Positions 52,632 through 61,424 of a DNA stretch of 64,000 nucleotides are shown piece after piece (within the stretch, counting starts at the first letter, position 1; every line of letters starts with the position of its first letter). Below the pieces are notes generated by a model, which was not told the origin of the DNA, did no database searches, and saw only the letters and a list, made by a program, of their open reading frames with translations. The translations under genes were made by a program, and so were the position numbers. This DNA comes from a virus, in IMG/VR virus record IMGVR_UViG_3300045988_131726; one strand, given 5' to 3'.

Positions 52632-52663
52632 CAAAAATAAGTAATTATCTTTAGATTTCCAAG
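52632..52663 (-). promoter_or_regulatory. Bacteroidota-type promoter upstream of the portal gene
   Basis: On the minus strand the -7 box TATTTTTG is at 52639..52632 and the -33 TTGG is within 52663..52659. The 19-nt gap is the same as in the other promoters. Confidence 0.55.
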
Positions 52664-52704
52664 ACGTTCAAAAGTTTACTAATATTTTTCATAAATATCT
52701 ACTA

Positions 52705-55008
52705 CTAATTATCCTTATGTAGGTATTTAGCAAATCTATAATCATAGTTTCTAGTAAAGAAATCATCATTACCTAAGTAATCTGCTTGATCTACATTAAT
52801 AACTTCAGAAGGGGATAAATTACCACAAAGCATGAGTTTTTGCTCTCTAAGTAACATTAACATTAGTAAAGCATCATATCGGTCAAAGTTGCTATCTGGA
52901 TTCCACATAGATAACTCCTTCATTAGAGCCCTATAATAACACCTATTAATGTTATTTATAGTGATTTCTGCCTCTTCTTCATGCCCATCTATAGTAACCT
53001 TAGTAGTGATTTTAAAGGGCTTAAGTAGCCAATCTCTAATACATTTCCTACCATAGGTTTGAACTGGCTGAGTAGCATTTACACCACGAGCTTTATTACC
53101 AAAGAAATTACCTTTAACAATCTCCTTGTCTTTTAAAAACTCTGGTACTTCAGAGAGCAAATATAGACTATTAGTTTTTGCAAAATAAGTGAATAAGCCT
53201 TTCTTATTATTCTCATATAGCAGTTCAGCATTGTAAAATAAGCATATTCTACGACATGTTTCATAAAAGTCATCTGCAAACATAGGACGTCCTGTATATT
53301 CACAAACTAATTCGTCAGTAAATAAATCTAAGACATATATTGATCCCAAAGACATAGTATCTGAAACGTCGTCGTCATAAACATCGGCGCCCGAAATATA
53401 ACGTCCCCATGGTACTTTTCCATCAGAACCCTTAACAGGCATCTTATTAATGTGTATAGCTCCCTCAATCTTATTGTCTTTATGAGGATAATCTAGAATA
53501 GGCTTAATATCTGCATCAGGAGTAAACTCTACTTTTCCTTCTCTAGTTTGAATAAGCCTTCCGACCCACATATCATCTAGACTCTTAGGATTCTGATCTA
53601 ATTCTAGAATACGATCATTAAGCATATCCGAGGGGAAAATATTACTATCCCGACGCATAATAGCATCGATAATAGTAAAGGCATACTCCGCTTTACGACG
53701 TGTAAGCTGAAGAGGATCTGAAGAGTTATACTTCAATTTATACCTTACTTGTAGTTCTTCAATAATAGCACCAACAACATCTGAAACACCATCTTTATTA
53801 TAGAATCCCTTAGCATTCATATAACTAGGAAAGAAGTAAATAGTGCGCTTGGCAATAGCATTACCCTTATCGTAAACGTTAGGCAGAGAATAAACATTAT
53901 AACCATCTGGATAATTAATCATCTCTAATGCACCAGTAAACTCAGAACCTTCAGATCCACCAGTCCCAATAGCATAAGCCATACCAAAAGCAATATTGCC
54001 TTCCTGAACATTAGGTAAAGACGTTTGCCATACATCCAAGAATTTATTGAAAGCACCGAACTCCTCATAAAATAACCTAATAGCACGCTTACCACGGGAT
54101 TTATTAACATCGTCCTTAACAGCAAGCCCTAGAACTTCATTTTGAGAACCCTTGGGAATACCAGTTTCACGATCTATATAGCCTGCAGTCCACTGCATAT
54201 CAGATAAACTATTCTTTATTCGACCTCGTGGAAACTGAGTATAGGTATTACAAAAGTCTATACCATCTACAAACTTATTTAAAGTGCCATCCTTAATAAG
54301 GAATTCTTTTTGTGACGCAGCTACAATACAACTTACTTTCTCACAAACCGTATATGTTTCTCCCAGTAAAAACATTTTACAAAGAATAGAAGCAATACTA
54401 TAAGACTTTCCCTTACCGCGAGCAGCAATTTCTACAGCATGTTTTCCACCATGGAAATTATCGTACATCCCACCATTACGAGCTTGGTAAAGATAATGAA
54501 ACCTTAAATAAATACCTTCCCAGACTTCAGGAAAGTCTACAACACGATCTCCAATCTTAGATCCCTTACGTATCTTGGTTTGAACCATAGGGAAATAATT
54601 TAAATAAAAATACATTTCCCCAGGAATCCATTCACCATCTTCTGGACGAACTAATCCATTAAAACATCTATCTATTTCCCTAGAAAGAAGCTTACCAAAG
54701 TCAGACTGAGGATTCGGATTCGGTAAAAGATTTGTAAAACACCCATACTTCTTATAGTGAAGTGCCATAGGACGAAAATAATCCATATCTGTGAGAATAT
54801 GAGGCTTACATAAATCAACAATAATCCTCCCATAAGAATCCCGAGGTAAATCCTTAGCATAAGGACGCTCTGGAGACATAAGCCACTTTATATAAGGAAT
54901 GGATGAATAAATATCTAAAAATTGCTCCCAAACTTCTGGAGTTAAAGAATTCTTTAATTCATCTGTAATGGGAGTCTGAAACTCATTCGTTGCGATTAGC
55001 GTTTCCAT
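52705..55008 (-). CDS. terL: terminase large subunit
   Basis: 767 aa with Walker A AARGKGKSYS and the usual ATPase-then-nuclease size. It lies upstream of the portal gene. Confidence 0.8.
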   Translation of the reverse strand: METLIATNEFQTPITDELKNSLTPEVWEQFLDIYSSIPYIKWLMSPERPYAKDLPRDSYGRIIVDLCKPHILTDMDYFRPMALHYKKYGCFTNLLPNPNPQSDFGKLLSREIDRCFNGLVRPEDGEWIPGEMYFYLNYFPMVQTKIRKGSKIGDRVVDFPEVWEGIYLRFHYLYQARNGGMYDNFHGGKHAVEIAARGKGKSYSIASILCKMFLLGETYTVCEKVSCIVAASQKEFLIKDGTLNKFVDGIDFCNTYTQFPRGRIKNSLSDMQWTAGYIDRETGIPKGSQNEVLGLAVKDDVNKSRGKRAIRLFYEEFGAFNKFLDVWQTSLPNVQEGNIAFGMAYAIGTGGSEGSEFTGALEMINYPDGYNVYSLPNVYDKGNAIAKRTIYFFPSYMNAKGFYNKDGVSDVVGAIIEELQVRYKLKYNSSDPLQLTRRKAEYAFTIIDAIMRRDSNIFPSDMLNDRILELDQNPKSLDDMWVGRLIQTREGKVEFTPDADIKPILDYPHKDNKIEGAIHINKMPVKGSDGKVPWGRYISGADVYDDDVSDTMSLGSIYVLDLFTDELVCEYTGRPMFADDFYETCRRICLFYNAELLYENNKKGLFTYFAKTNSLYLLSEVPEFLKDKEIVKGNFFGNKARGVNATQPVQTYGRKCIRDWLLKPFKITTKVTIDGHEEEAEITINNINRCYYRALMKELSMWNPDSNFDRYDALLMLMLLREQKLMLCGNLSPSEVINVDQADYLGNDDFFTRNYDYRFAKYLHKDN

Positions 55009-55573
55009 TGCTATTTAAAAAATTACTAATCCCATCATCCAAAATGGACTTTTGCTTCAATCCTCGCATAGTACCCATATCTTCAATTTCTTTAGATACT
55101 GCTTTTTCAGCATCCGCAAGCTCCTTAACAAGACTAGGGACTTGTTTTACTGCGGTCATAACTTGACCTATATTAAACACTAGTTTACCATTAGCGTCTT
55201 TCTCTGTTAAATCTATAGATCTAAAAGTATTACGAATATTATCGATAATAACTCTTGTATCTTGTAATAGTAAAGAAGAAGATGTTGTAGTTAGGTATTT
55301 ATAAAGTTCTATAGCTTCTAAAACCTGCTTATCTGGTTTCCAATCAGCTTCTAATCCTATACTATCTTTAACACGTAAATCTCTGTCTGCCTCTATAATT
55401 TCGAAGGAAAAATCTGACCTTGGATCGTACATAAAGTACAAGTAAGCTAACTCTTTCATAGCCCTTGTTTTATCCTTAGTTCTGTCCCTATCTACAAGTT
55501 TCTTAAATGGCCTTAGAGCATAAGCTTCTTCAGAAATCTTTAAATTATAGTCCTTATATGTAAATAGCTTCAT
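54983..55573 (-). CDS. hypothetical protein (position compatible with a small terminase subunit)
   Basis: 196-aa helical ORF overlapping the TerL start by 26 nt. Positional inference only. Confidence 0.35.
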   Translation of the reverse strand: MKLFTYKDYNLKISEEAYALRPFKKLVDRDRTKDKTRAMKELAYLYFMYDPRSDFSFEIIEADRDLRVKDSIGLEADWKPDKQVLEAIELYKYLTTTSSSLLLQDTRVIIDNIRNTFRSIDLTEKDANGKLVFNIGQVMTAVKQVPSLVKELADAEKAVSKEIEDMGTMRGLKQKSILDDGISNFLNSNGNANRNE

Positions 55574-55575
55574 AT

Positions 55576-55605
55576 CAAAAAAGCTCCCTACTTGTGATAG
55601 GGAGC
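55576..55605 (-). terminator. canonical rho-independent terminator
   Basis: Stem gctcccta / tagggagc (8 bp, 7-nt loop), followed on the minus strand by T7. It starts 7 nt after the GroES-like stop. Confidence 0.8.
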
Positions 55606-55611
55606 GTTAAA

Positions 55612-56091
55612 TTAACATACTAGTTTCTTAGCCTTCGGAGGAGTAACTTCTGTTACTTCCCAATCAAATTCATCCACTTTGAAGAAGATATTAGCACTAT
55701 CAATAAGCAATGCAATCTTACCATCTATCTCAAACATGGGGATCTCAAAATCTAGAGTTTCATTATAAAACTCATCAGGCATGTCTGCTTTAGTGGAATC
55801 TTTAGTGTAACGCTTCCGAGCGTACTTTGAGAAGTCAATCTGTACTAGATCACCAGGTTTATACTCTCGTACCCCAGGTCCTACAGCAATAACTTCCTGT
55901 ACTTCTTTAAGCATACCTACAGAGTCTTTTTCAATAAGACCTGCTTCACTTACACACTCTTCCTCAGTGTAAGTATTAGATGTCACTATCATCTTTGTGA
56001 ACGGAGGTGTCACCTTCTTTATCTTGAACTGCTTTCTCTGCATACTCTTTAAATCTTTTATTAAGGAATTGAGCTCGGGAATATGTTGCAT
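55612..56091 (-). CDS. GroES/gp31-like co-chaperonin
   Basis: KMIVTSN..EEE..SEAGLI....EVQEVIAVGPGVREYKPGDLV follows the GroES pattern (..vavGpG......kvGD.V). The true start is probably an internal Met (56043 or 55992), because the first 116 nt overlap the upstream ORF. Confidence 0.6.
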   Translation of the reverse strand: MQHIPELNSLIKDLKSMQRKQFKIKKVTPPFTKMIVTSNTYTEEECVSEAGLIEKDSVGMLKEVQEVIAVGPGVREYKPGDLVQIDFSKYARKRYTKDSTKADMPDEFYNETLDFEIPMFEIDGKIALLIDSANIFFKVDEFDWEVTEVTPPKAKKLVC

Positions 56092-56299
56092 AAAACTTGC
56101 CTAAGCTAGGAACATTAATGCTAGTTTGCATCTTTGTAAACTCTTCTTCTGTCATTTCCTCATTTACAGGAACATTTTCCAATGTATCCTTAACCCAATT
56201 CCAATATTCTCTATAAGCTATTTCTACTACGTCATCTGGCATATCTAATTTCTTAGCAGCAGCCAAAATTATGTCTTGGAGAGTCTTATTATTTATCAT
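55976..56299 (-). CDS. hypothetical protein (107 aa)
   Basis: ORF tiled in the operon. Confidence 0.45.
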   Translation of the reverse strand: MINNKTLQDIILAAAKKLDMPDDVVEIAYREYWNWVKDTLENVPVNEEMTEEEFTKMQTSINVPSLGKFYATYSRAQFLNKRFKEYAEKAVQDKEGDTSVHKDDSDI

Positions 56300-56723
56300 A
56301 ACTAATCCTAAAATTTAGTAATAGCCTATAAGAGTCCTCTTCATATTCTAAAGAGGGAATGTATCTTTTACTAATTGTATTATTAGTAATAACTCCTGCT
56401 TTTCGTAGATTTGTTAATACTGACTGAAAGTTTCCCGGAGATATGCCTAAGCTTCCTACAATACCTTTTTTAATCTCATCAGTAAATAAAACTTTATCCA
56501 GTATATCATCATCTGTAATTGTTCTAGATAACTCAAATCTACGTTGTAATAATGCTGCTAACACTGTAAGTTCTCTACCAGGTAATCTATGTAAAGGTTT
56601 TAGAAACTCTAACCATAATTTAAAAAAATTAAGATTAGTAGGTTTTAAATTAGTAGAAATAGATACAATGTCAGTATTCTTAGTCATATCTCTCTTACTC
56701 ATTACTCTACTTTCTTCTGGCAA
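56289..56723 (-). CDS. hypothetical protein (144 aa)
   Basis: ORF tiled in the operon. Confidence 0.45.
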   Translation of the reverse strand: MPEESRVMSKRDMTKNTDIVSISTNLKPTNLNFFKLWLEFLKPLHRLPGRELTVLAALLQRRFELSRTITDDDILDKVLFTDEIKKGIVGSLGISPGNFQSVLTNLRKAGVITNNTISKRYIPSLEYEEDSYRLLLNFRISYDK

Positions 56724-57025
56724 TCGCAGCTAGGCTCGCATGAGGAATTCTCAGGCTCAGCTTCTTTAATAGTAAGCATATCCTCAATGCTGTTAATAGC
56801 ATCACTTACGAAATCCTCATTAAAGAGCTCCTTATACTTAAGTACACTAAACAAACTATCTATTCGCTTACCCATAACAACTTCCATAGCTCTGTTGTAC
56901 TCTACCATAAGACGATTATACTCCTTTTGAAGAGTCTGTAGCTGCGTCTGAAGATTACTTGCAATGTCCTTAACTTGATCATAAGTGAGCTTTTCCTGCT
57001 GTTTTACTTCTATATTCTTTGCCAT
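56702..57025 (-). CDS. hypothetical coiled-coil protein (107 aa)
   Basis: Heptad-like sequence with a Cys-rich C-terminus (CEPSCDCQ). Confidence 0.45.
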   Translation of the reverse strand: MAKNIEVKQQEKLTYDQVKDIASNLQTQLQTLQKEYNRLMVEYNRAMEVVMGKRIDSLFSVLKYKELFNEDFVSDAINSIEDMLTIKEAEPENSSCEPSCDCQKKVE

Positions 57026-57027
57026 AA

Positions 57028-57285
57028 TTAAAAATTTTTACCATATTTAGCTCTATAGAGAGCATTCCATTCATTAATAGATGTTGTAGATATATCTGTA
57101 CTACCACAATCATTACAATATTCAGAGATGCCTGATTCATTATAGGCCATAATTGCTAAACTAAGGCACTTTTTACAGTAGAATACAGGCTCTCTATTAT
57201 AGTCCTCTTTACTCCACTTAACCTTCTCAAAATCGGAAGGAGACTGCAGAGGAGGACATTTAGGCTTAATTAATTCTCCTTCCAT
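57028..57285 (-). CDS. zinc-ribbon protein (85 aa)
   Basis: CKKC ... CNDC four-Cys arrangement. Confidence 0.5.
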   Translation of the reverse strand: MEGELIKPKCPPLQSPSDFEKVKWSKEDYNREPVFYCKKCLSLAIMAYNESGISEYCNDCGSTDISTTSINEWNALYRAKYGKNF

Positions 57286-57554
57286 TGTTTAAGATATTGA
57301 TTAAAATCTATTTTTCTAAAAGCGTCAATAATTCTTAATTCAGTAGAACTAATATTCTTCTCTGTCATATCCTCAGATTCATCACTTACTATAAAAAGTG
57401 TCTGAAATCCTTTATCATATAAGAGTTGAAGCTCTAGACCAATAGATACTTTATTATTTTCAACTGAGAATGGACCCCATAATATTAACTTATAGGGAGG
57501 AGTATAAGCTTCATTAAACGCCTCAATATAAGCTGTTAGATGTTTCATTCTCAT
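57270..57554 (-). CDS. hypothetical protein (94 aa)
   Basis: ORF tiled in the operon. It overlaps the GroEL-like 3' end by 32 nt. Confidence 0.4.
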   Translation of the reverse strand: MRMKHLTAYIEAFNEAYTPPYKLILWGPFSVENNKVSIGLELQLLYDKGFQTLFIVSDESEDMTEKNISSTELRIIDAFRKIDFNQYLKQWKEN

Positions 57555-59037
57555 TAATTATTACACATTTAGTAGATAAGAACATATATGCTACAGAAAG
57601 TGCATTCTCTATAGAGACTCTTGTTACTTTAGCAGGGTCTAAAATATTAGACTCTAAAGCATCTTCATAATAGATAGGCATAGTGTCAAGAATAAGCTTT
57701 CTACATGCCATGAGAGCTTTAGCTAAAATATAATATCCCTTCTTCTCTAAAGCCTTAGAGATATCTTCCTGTATAATACCTGCTCCTACAACTACTCCTT
57801 CTTCAATAGCAGCTCTAGTAGCACATACTGCATCCTCAATCCTATCTTTCTTCTCAGACATTTCAATTTCTGTAGGTGCTCCTACATAAATAACAGATAC
57901 TCCACCAGATAATTTAGCAATTCGAGATTTAATATCATCTATAAGATATTTAGGATAATCATTTTTTAATGACTCCTTAAGCATCTCTACTCTTGCTTTA
58001 ATTGATTCATTGGCTTCTGTTGAACCAATAATAGTGGTATTATCTGAGGTCACTACGACTCTTTTAACTGTACTTAACTTAATATCATCTGTTGATGATG
58101 GATATCCCTTTAAAGGTATAGTAGGTAGTTTATCGTATACTGGAGATCCTGTAATTATTGAAATATCTTCTAAAAGATCTTTCTTATATTCACCTACACC
58201 AGGTGCTCGAATTGCTGCTATTTTAAGCAATCCTCTTTGGACATTCCTAACTATAGCATTAATCACTTCAGGTGAGTAGTCATTAGCTATAAGTAGGATT
58301 TCTTCATTGTCTTGTACTACATATTCAAGGATTGAGAATAGATCCTTAACATTATTTAGAATACCATTATAAATTAGTACTCTAGGATTATTTAATACTA
58401 CTGCTCTATTGGCAGGGTCATTGATAAAATAAGGGGAGATATATCCCTTATTAATCTGCATCCCCTCTACGGTTTCGGCATATGTATCAAAGCCATTAGA
58501 CTCTTCTAGAGTAATAACACCATCATATCCTATCTTTGATATAACATCTGCAATTAGCGTACCTATAAATTCATCTCCATTAGCAGAAATAGTAGCTATA
58601 TGCTTGATGCTATCCGGAGTATCACCAACTTTGGTGGCTAGGGATTTAATAACCTCCCTAGCAACCTCATTGGATTTCTCTAACTCCTCTCTTATAGCTT
58701 TAGGATCTGCACCTGCGACAAGTTGCTGATAGATGAGATTGATTAAAGCTTGAGCGATGATAGTTGATGTTGTAGTTCCATCTCCTGCCATATCTGCTGT
58801 CTTAGCAGCAGCTTCTTTGACAAGCTGTACACCTACATCATATAGTGGCTCTGAAGAATTTATAGCTCTGGCTACAGTAACACCATCTTTCGTAACCTTT
58901 GGATAGTTATCCTCATATATAACTACTGTATTACCTTTAGGTCCGAAGGTAACCTTTACAGCATCTGCTAAAAGGTCAACTCCTTTCTTAACCTCAGAAA
59001 GGGCATCTAAGCCAAATACTATATCTTTACTCTTCAT
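57523..59037 (-). CDS. groEL: GroEL-like chaperonin (Cpn60 family)
   Basis: 504 aa with FGPKGNTVVI, AGDGTTTSTIIAQAL (E. coli GroEL has AGDGTTTATVLAQAI) and VVVGAG. It is shorter than cellular GroEL and lacks the GGM tail. Confidence 0.85.
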   Translation of the reverse strand: MKSKDIVFGLDALSEVKKGVDLLADAVKVTFGPKGNTVVIYEDNYPKVTKDGVTVARAINSSEPLYDVGVQLVKEAAAKTADMAGDGTTTSTIIAQALINLIYQQLVAGADPKAIREELEKSNEVAREVIKSLATKVGDTPDSIKHIATISANGDEFIGTLIADVISKIGYDGVITLEESNGFDTYAETVEGMQINKGYISPYFINDPANRAVVLNNPRVLIYNGILNNVKDLFSILEYVVQDNEEILLIANDYSPEVINAIVRNVQRGLLKIAAIRAPGVGEYKKDLLEDISIITGSPVYDKLPTIPLKGYPSSTDDIKLSTVKRVVVTSDNTTIIGSTEANESIKARVEMLKESLKNDYPKYLIDDIKSRIAKLSGGVSVIYVGAPTEIEMSEKKDRIEDAVCATRAAIEEGVVVGAGIIQEDISKALEKKGYYILAKALMACRKLILDTMPIYYEDALESNILDPAKVTRVSIENALSVAYMFLSTKCVIINENETSNSLY

Positions 59038-59038
59038 A

Positions 59039-59431
59039 TTAAAGTAGCTTACTAATAAGTTTATTCATTTCAGTAACAGCGTCTGCCAGTTCCTTAACTA
59101 AGGCTTTTGAATCAGCAGGACTAAATTCATCTTCTGTTAAATCTTCAGGAACCTCCTCATCCTTTCCCTTATCAAGACATTCTCTATGAAGAATAAACCA
59201 GGACATACTGTGAATATCCTCTTGTGAAGGAGTATATTCTACTTCTCCAATAGGACTCACCAGCATTAGCATAGGCTTCTTAGGATACTCACAATCTACA
59301 CGAGGTAGGACTTCCATAATTACACTGCCAATTGAGGCATATTTAGACTTTGTCATGACTAGATTGTCAGGGTCCTCCAGAATTTTACCTAAGGCTTCAC
59401 TAAAGGTGTAATACTTTCTTCTTGCTTCCAT
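59039..59431 (-). CDS. hypothetical protein (130 aa)
   Basis: ORF 1 nt upstream of the GroEL-like gene. Confidence 0.5.
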   Translation of the reverse strand: MEARRKYYTFSEALGKILEDPDNLVMTKSKYASIGSVIMEVLPRVDCEYPKKPMLMLVSPIGEVEYTPSQEDIHSMSWFILHRECLDKGKDEEVPEDLTEDEFSPADSKALVKELADAVTEMNKLISKLL

Positions 59432-59444
59432 AATTAATTATTGA

Positions 59445-59627
59445 TTATTTCTCCTTATTTACTACTTCCTTGCCAAACTTATCAATAGCCCAGTAGGAAG
59501 CGATACCTGCAGCATAACTGCACAGACTCAATAATGTCCCATAAAAAGGGACAATTTTAATCATTGCGGCAACAGCTAAAACAACAGCTGTGCCAATCCC
59601 AATTTTAATCCAAGTTTTCTTGCTCAT
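59445..59627 (-). CDS. small two-TM membrane protein (60 aa)
   Basis: The start is moved to the internal Met (MSKKTWIKIGIGTAVVLAVAAMI...). The first 21 codons of the track ORF overlap the tRNA gene. Confidence 0.5.
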   Translation of the reverse strand: MSKKTWIKIGIGTAVVLAVAAMIKIVPFYGTLLSLCSYAAGIASYWAIDKFGKEVVNKEK

Positions 59628-59645
59628 AAAGTTAAAATTAATTAG

Positions 59646-59716
59646 CTGGGATAGAAGGAATCGAACCTTCTCCGAGTGGTTAATGACCACTTACTCTACC
59701 TTCGAGCTATATCCCA
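59646..59716 (-). tRNA. tRNA gene with a non-canonical anticodon loop (nominal anticodon AUU)
   Basis: The cloverleaf can be read. Acceptor TGGGATA/TATCCCA; D arm GCTC-GAAGGTA-GAGT; anticodon stem AGTGG/CCACT with loop TCATTAA; T arm GAAGG-TTCGATT-CCTTC; discriminator G; no encoded CCA. Position 33 is C rather than U. Confidence 0.7.
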
Positions 59717-59920
59717 AAGAAAGGGTTTTATGGACTTTGTAAAGAACTTTACATTACCAAGGGTACCCCTAACCCGTGCCAGCAGAGAACCTGCTGCATT
59801 TGACATTATGAAAAAGTATTTATGACAACCGCTTAGTAGGCTCCCCTACCTCACCCTATTTCTTAACTTTACCTTTACCCTTCTTTTTACAAGCCATATC
59901 TCTTATCTTTTAAATTTCTT

Positions 59921-59952
59921 GCAATATACGAAAAATATTTCACATTTCCAAA
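59921..59952 (-). promoter_or_regulatory. Bacteroidota-type promoter (conserved 40-nt family) upstream of the micro-ORF/tRNA/chaperonin operon
   Basis: The minus strand reads TTTGGAAATGTGAAATATTTTTCGTATATTGCAA. The -7 box TATATTGC is at 59928..59921 and the -33 TTTGG is at 59952..59948, 19 nt apart. It is nearly identical to the 62381 promoter. Confidence 0.7.
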
Positions 59953-59969
59953 TATTTTAGCAATTATTT

Positions 59970-61424
59970 TTAATAATTTCTAAATATTTTTGAAATAGGA
60001 TTATCATAATATTCTTTATTTAGATAAGTAGCAACTTCTTTTCTTCTATCTAAATGAGGCTTTCCTGGTCTAACATAATTTTCGGAAATAATTTCTACTA
60101 AATCAGTTAAAGATTTAGAATTATTAAAAAAAGATTCTTTAGCTTCCCTTGCTGTATCAAACCCATTGCTTTTCCCTCCATGTCTCCATTCTCCTCGTTT
60201 TAAACCAGCAACATTAGTTGTGATATATCTAGCTTGCCTTTGTAATTCTGGATCTAATACTCCATCAAAATCATGAATAGGTTGAAATTCTTTTAAGCTA
60301 GCTTTACGAGAAGGATCTGTAAATTGGATAAGACCTTCTCCAGAACCTCCTCCTATTTGTTGCATGTGAGGATCTGCTCCACTTTCAACAATATAATTAC
60401 TCATTAAAGCTATAGCTTGATTATGGGTTAATCCAGATCTTCTATGTTGATTATATAGATAATCAAGATTTCCTCTATTTTTTCTAATATAATTACTATC
60501 CCAAGTACTTGATAATGTCCCCCCATCATCAAAACTATTTACTCTACGAAGTGTAGGTTTATAAGGAAAAGTAGCATATTCCTCAGGACTTTCTAGATTA
60601 TCATATTCATTCCTTAAAGGACCACCATAAGCAGCCAGCTTCCTACCATCCTTCTCAAGGCTAGACTTAGTAGAAGCTACATTATTAAGCAAGTGAAGTA
60701 GATACTCATCACTATAACTATTGATTATATCTGTATCATCGTACTTCTCACGCCACTTCTTAATGTCTTCTACCGTGTACTTCTTCTTAGGATCAAGCTT
60801 ATTTAAATACCTAAACTGCATTAAACGAGCGTAGATCTCTGTAGCAGAATCCTTATAAGAATTATACTGCTTACCCTCCTGTAACTTATCTCCTTCAAAG
60901 CCATACCTGATAGTATTAATCTGTGGATCAGCATTCAAAGAATGAGTCAACTCATGAACATCAGTACCAGCATATGGACTGATATATGATATAGAGTGAC
61001 TAGAAGGATTATAAGCTCCACCAGTATGATTAGAGAGCCTCTTTATAGCCTCAAATTCTGATTCAGGAACATGCGGGAACTTTGTATTACCAAGAACATC
61101 ATATTGCTTGACAGTACGTAAATTCTTTAATTGATTCTGATACTCTTTAAAAGCAGCTTTATTAGACCAACTCTTAGGTAATACACTATAAGGAACCATC
61201 GTAGAACCACTGTTTCTAAAATTCTCCTTAAACTGCTCCTGCCTATTAGATAACCATGAAGCTATGAAATCTTGAGCGGGAGTGCTCTGAATATTATCTA
61301 CTTCACCACCATCAGCAAACTTGTTATAATGATCCCTCATATCACTAAGCCGGACCACTCCATTCTGTAGATAGGCTTTCATTAAATTAGACCTATCTGA
61401 CATCGATAACTCTTCCCATCTCAT
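59970..61424 (-). CDS. two-domain protein: zincin-like peptidase motif plus phage tail-lysozyme-like domain
   Basis: HELTH (HExxH) lies in the N-terminal half. The C-terminal part MSNYIVESGADPHMQQIGGGSGEGLIQFTDPSRKASLKEF follows the Phage_lysozyme2 pattern (mgN...ESg..P.....GGG.GL.QWT...R). Confidence 0.6.
   Translation of the reverse strand: MRWEELSMSDRSNLMKAYLQNGVVRLSDMRDHYNKFADGGEVDNIQSTPAQDFIASWLSNRQEQFKENFRNSGSTMVPYSVLPKSWSNKAAFKEYQNQLKNLRTVKQYDVLGNTKFPHVPESEFEAIKRLSNHTGGAYNPSSHSISYISPYAGTDVHELTHSLNADPQINTIRYGFEGDKLQEGKQYNSYKDSATEIYARLMQFRYLNKLDPKKKYTVEDIKKWREKYDDTDIINSYSDEYLLHLLNNVASTKSSLEKDGRKLAAYGGPLRNEYDNLESPEEYATFPYKPTLRRVNSFDDGGTLSSTWDSNYIRKNRGNLDYLYNQHRRSGLTHNQAIALMSNYIVESGADPHMQQIGGGSGEGLIQFTDPSRKASLKEFQPIHDFDGVLDPELQRQARYITTNVAGLKRGEWRHGGKSNGFDTAREAKESFFNNSKSLTDLVEIISENYVRPGKPHLDRRKEVATYLNKEYYDNPISKIFRNY

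Noticed and set aside
59628-59690. N-terminal 21 codons of the 81-aa ORF
   Set aside because: They overlap the tRNA gene (59646..59716). The internal Met at 59627 gives a clean two-TM protein.
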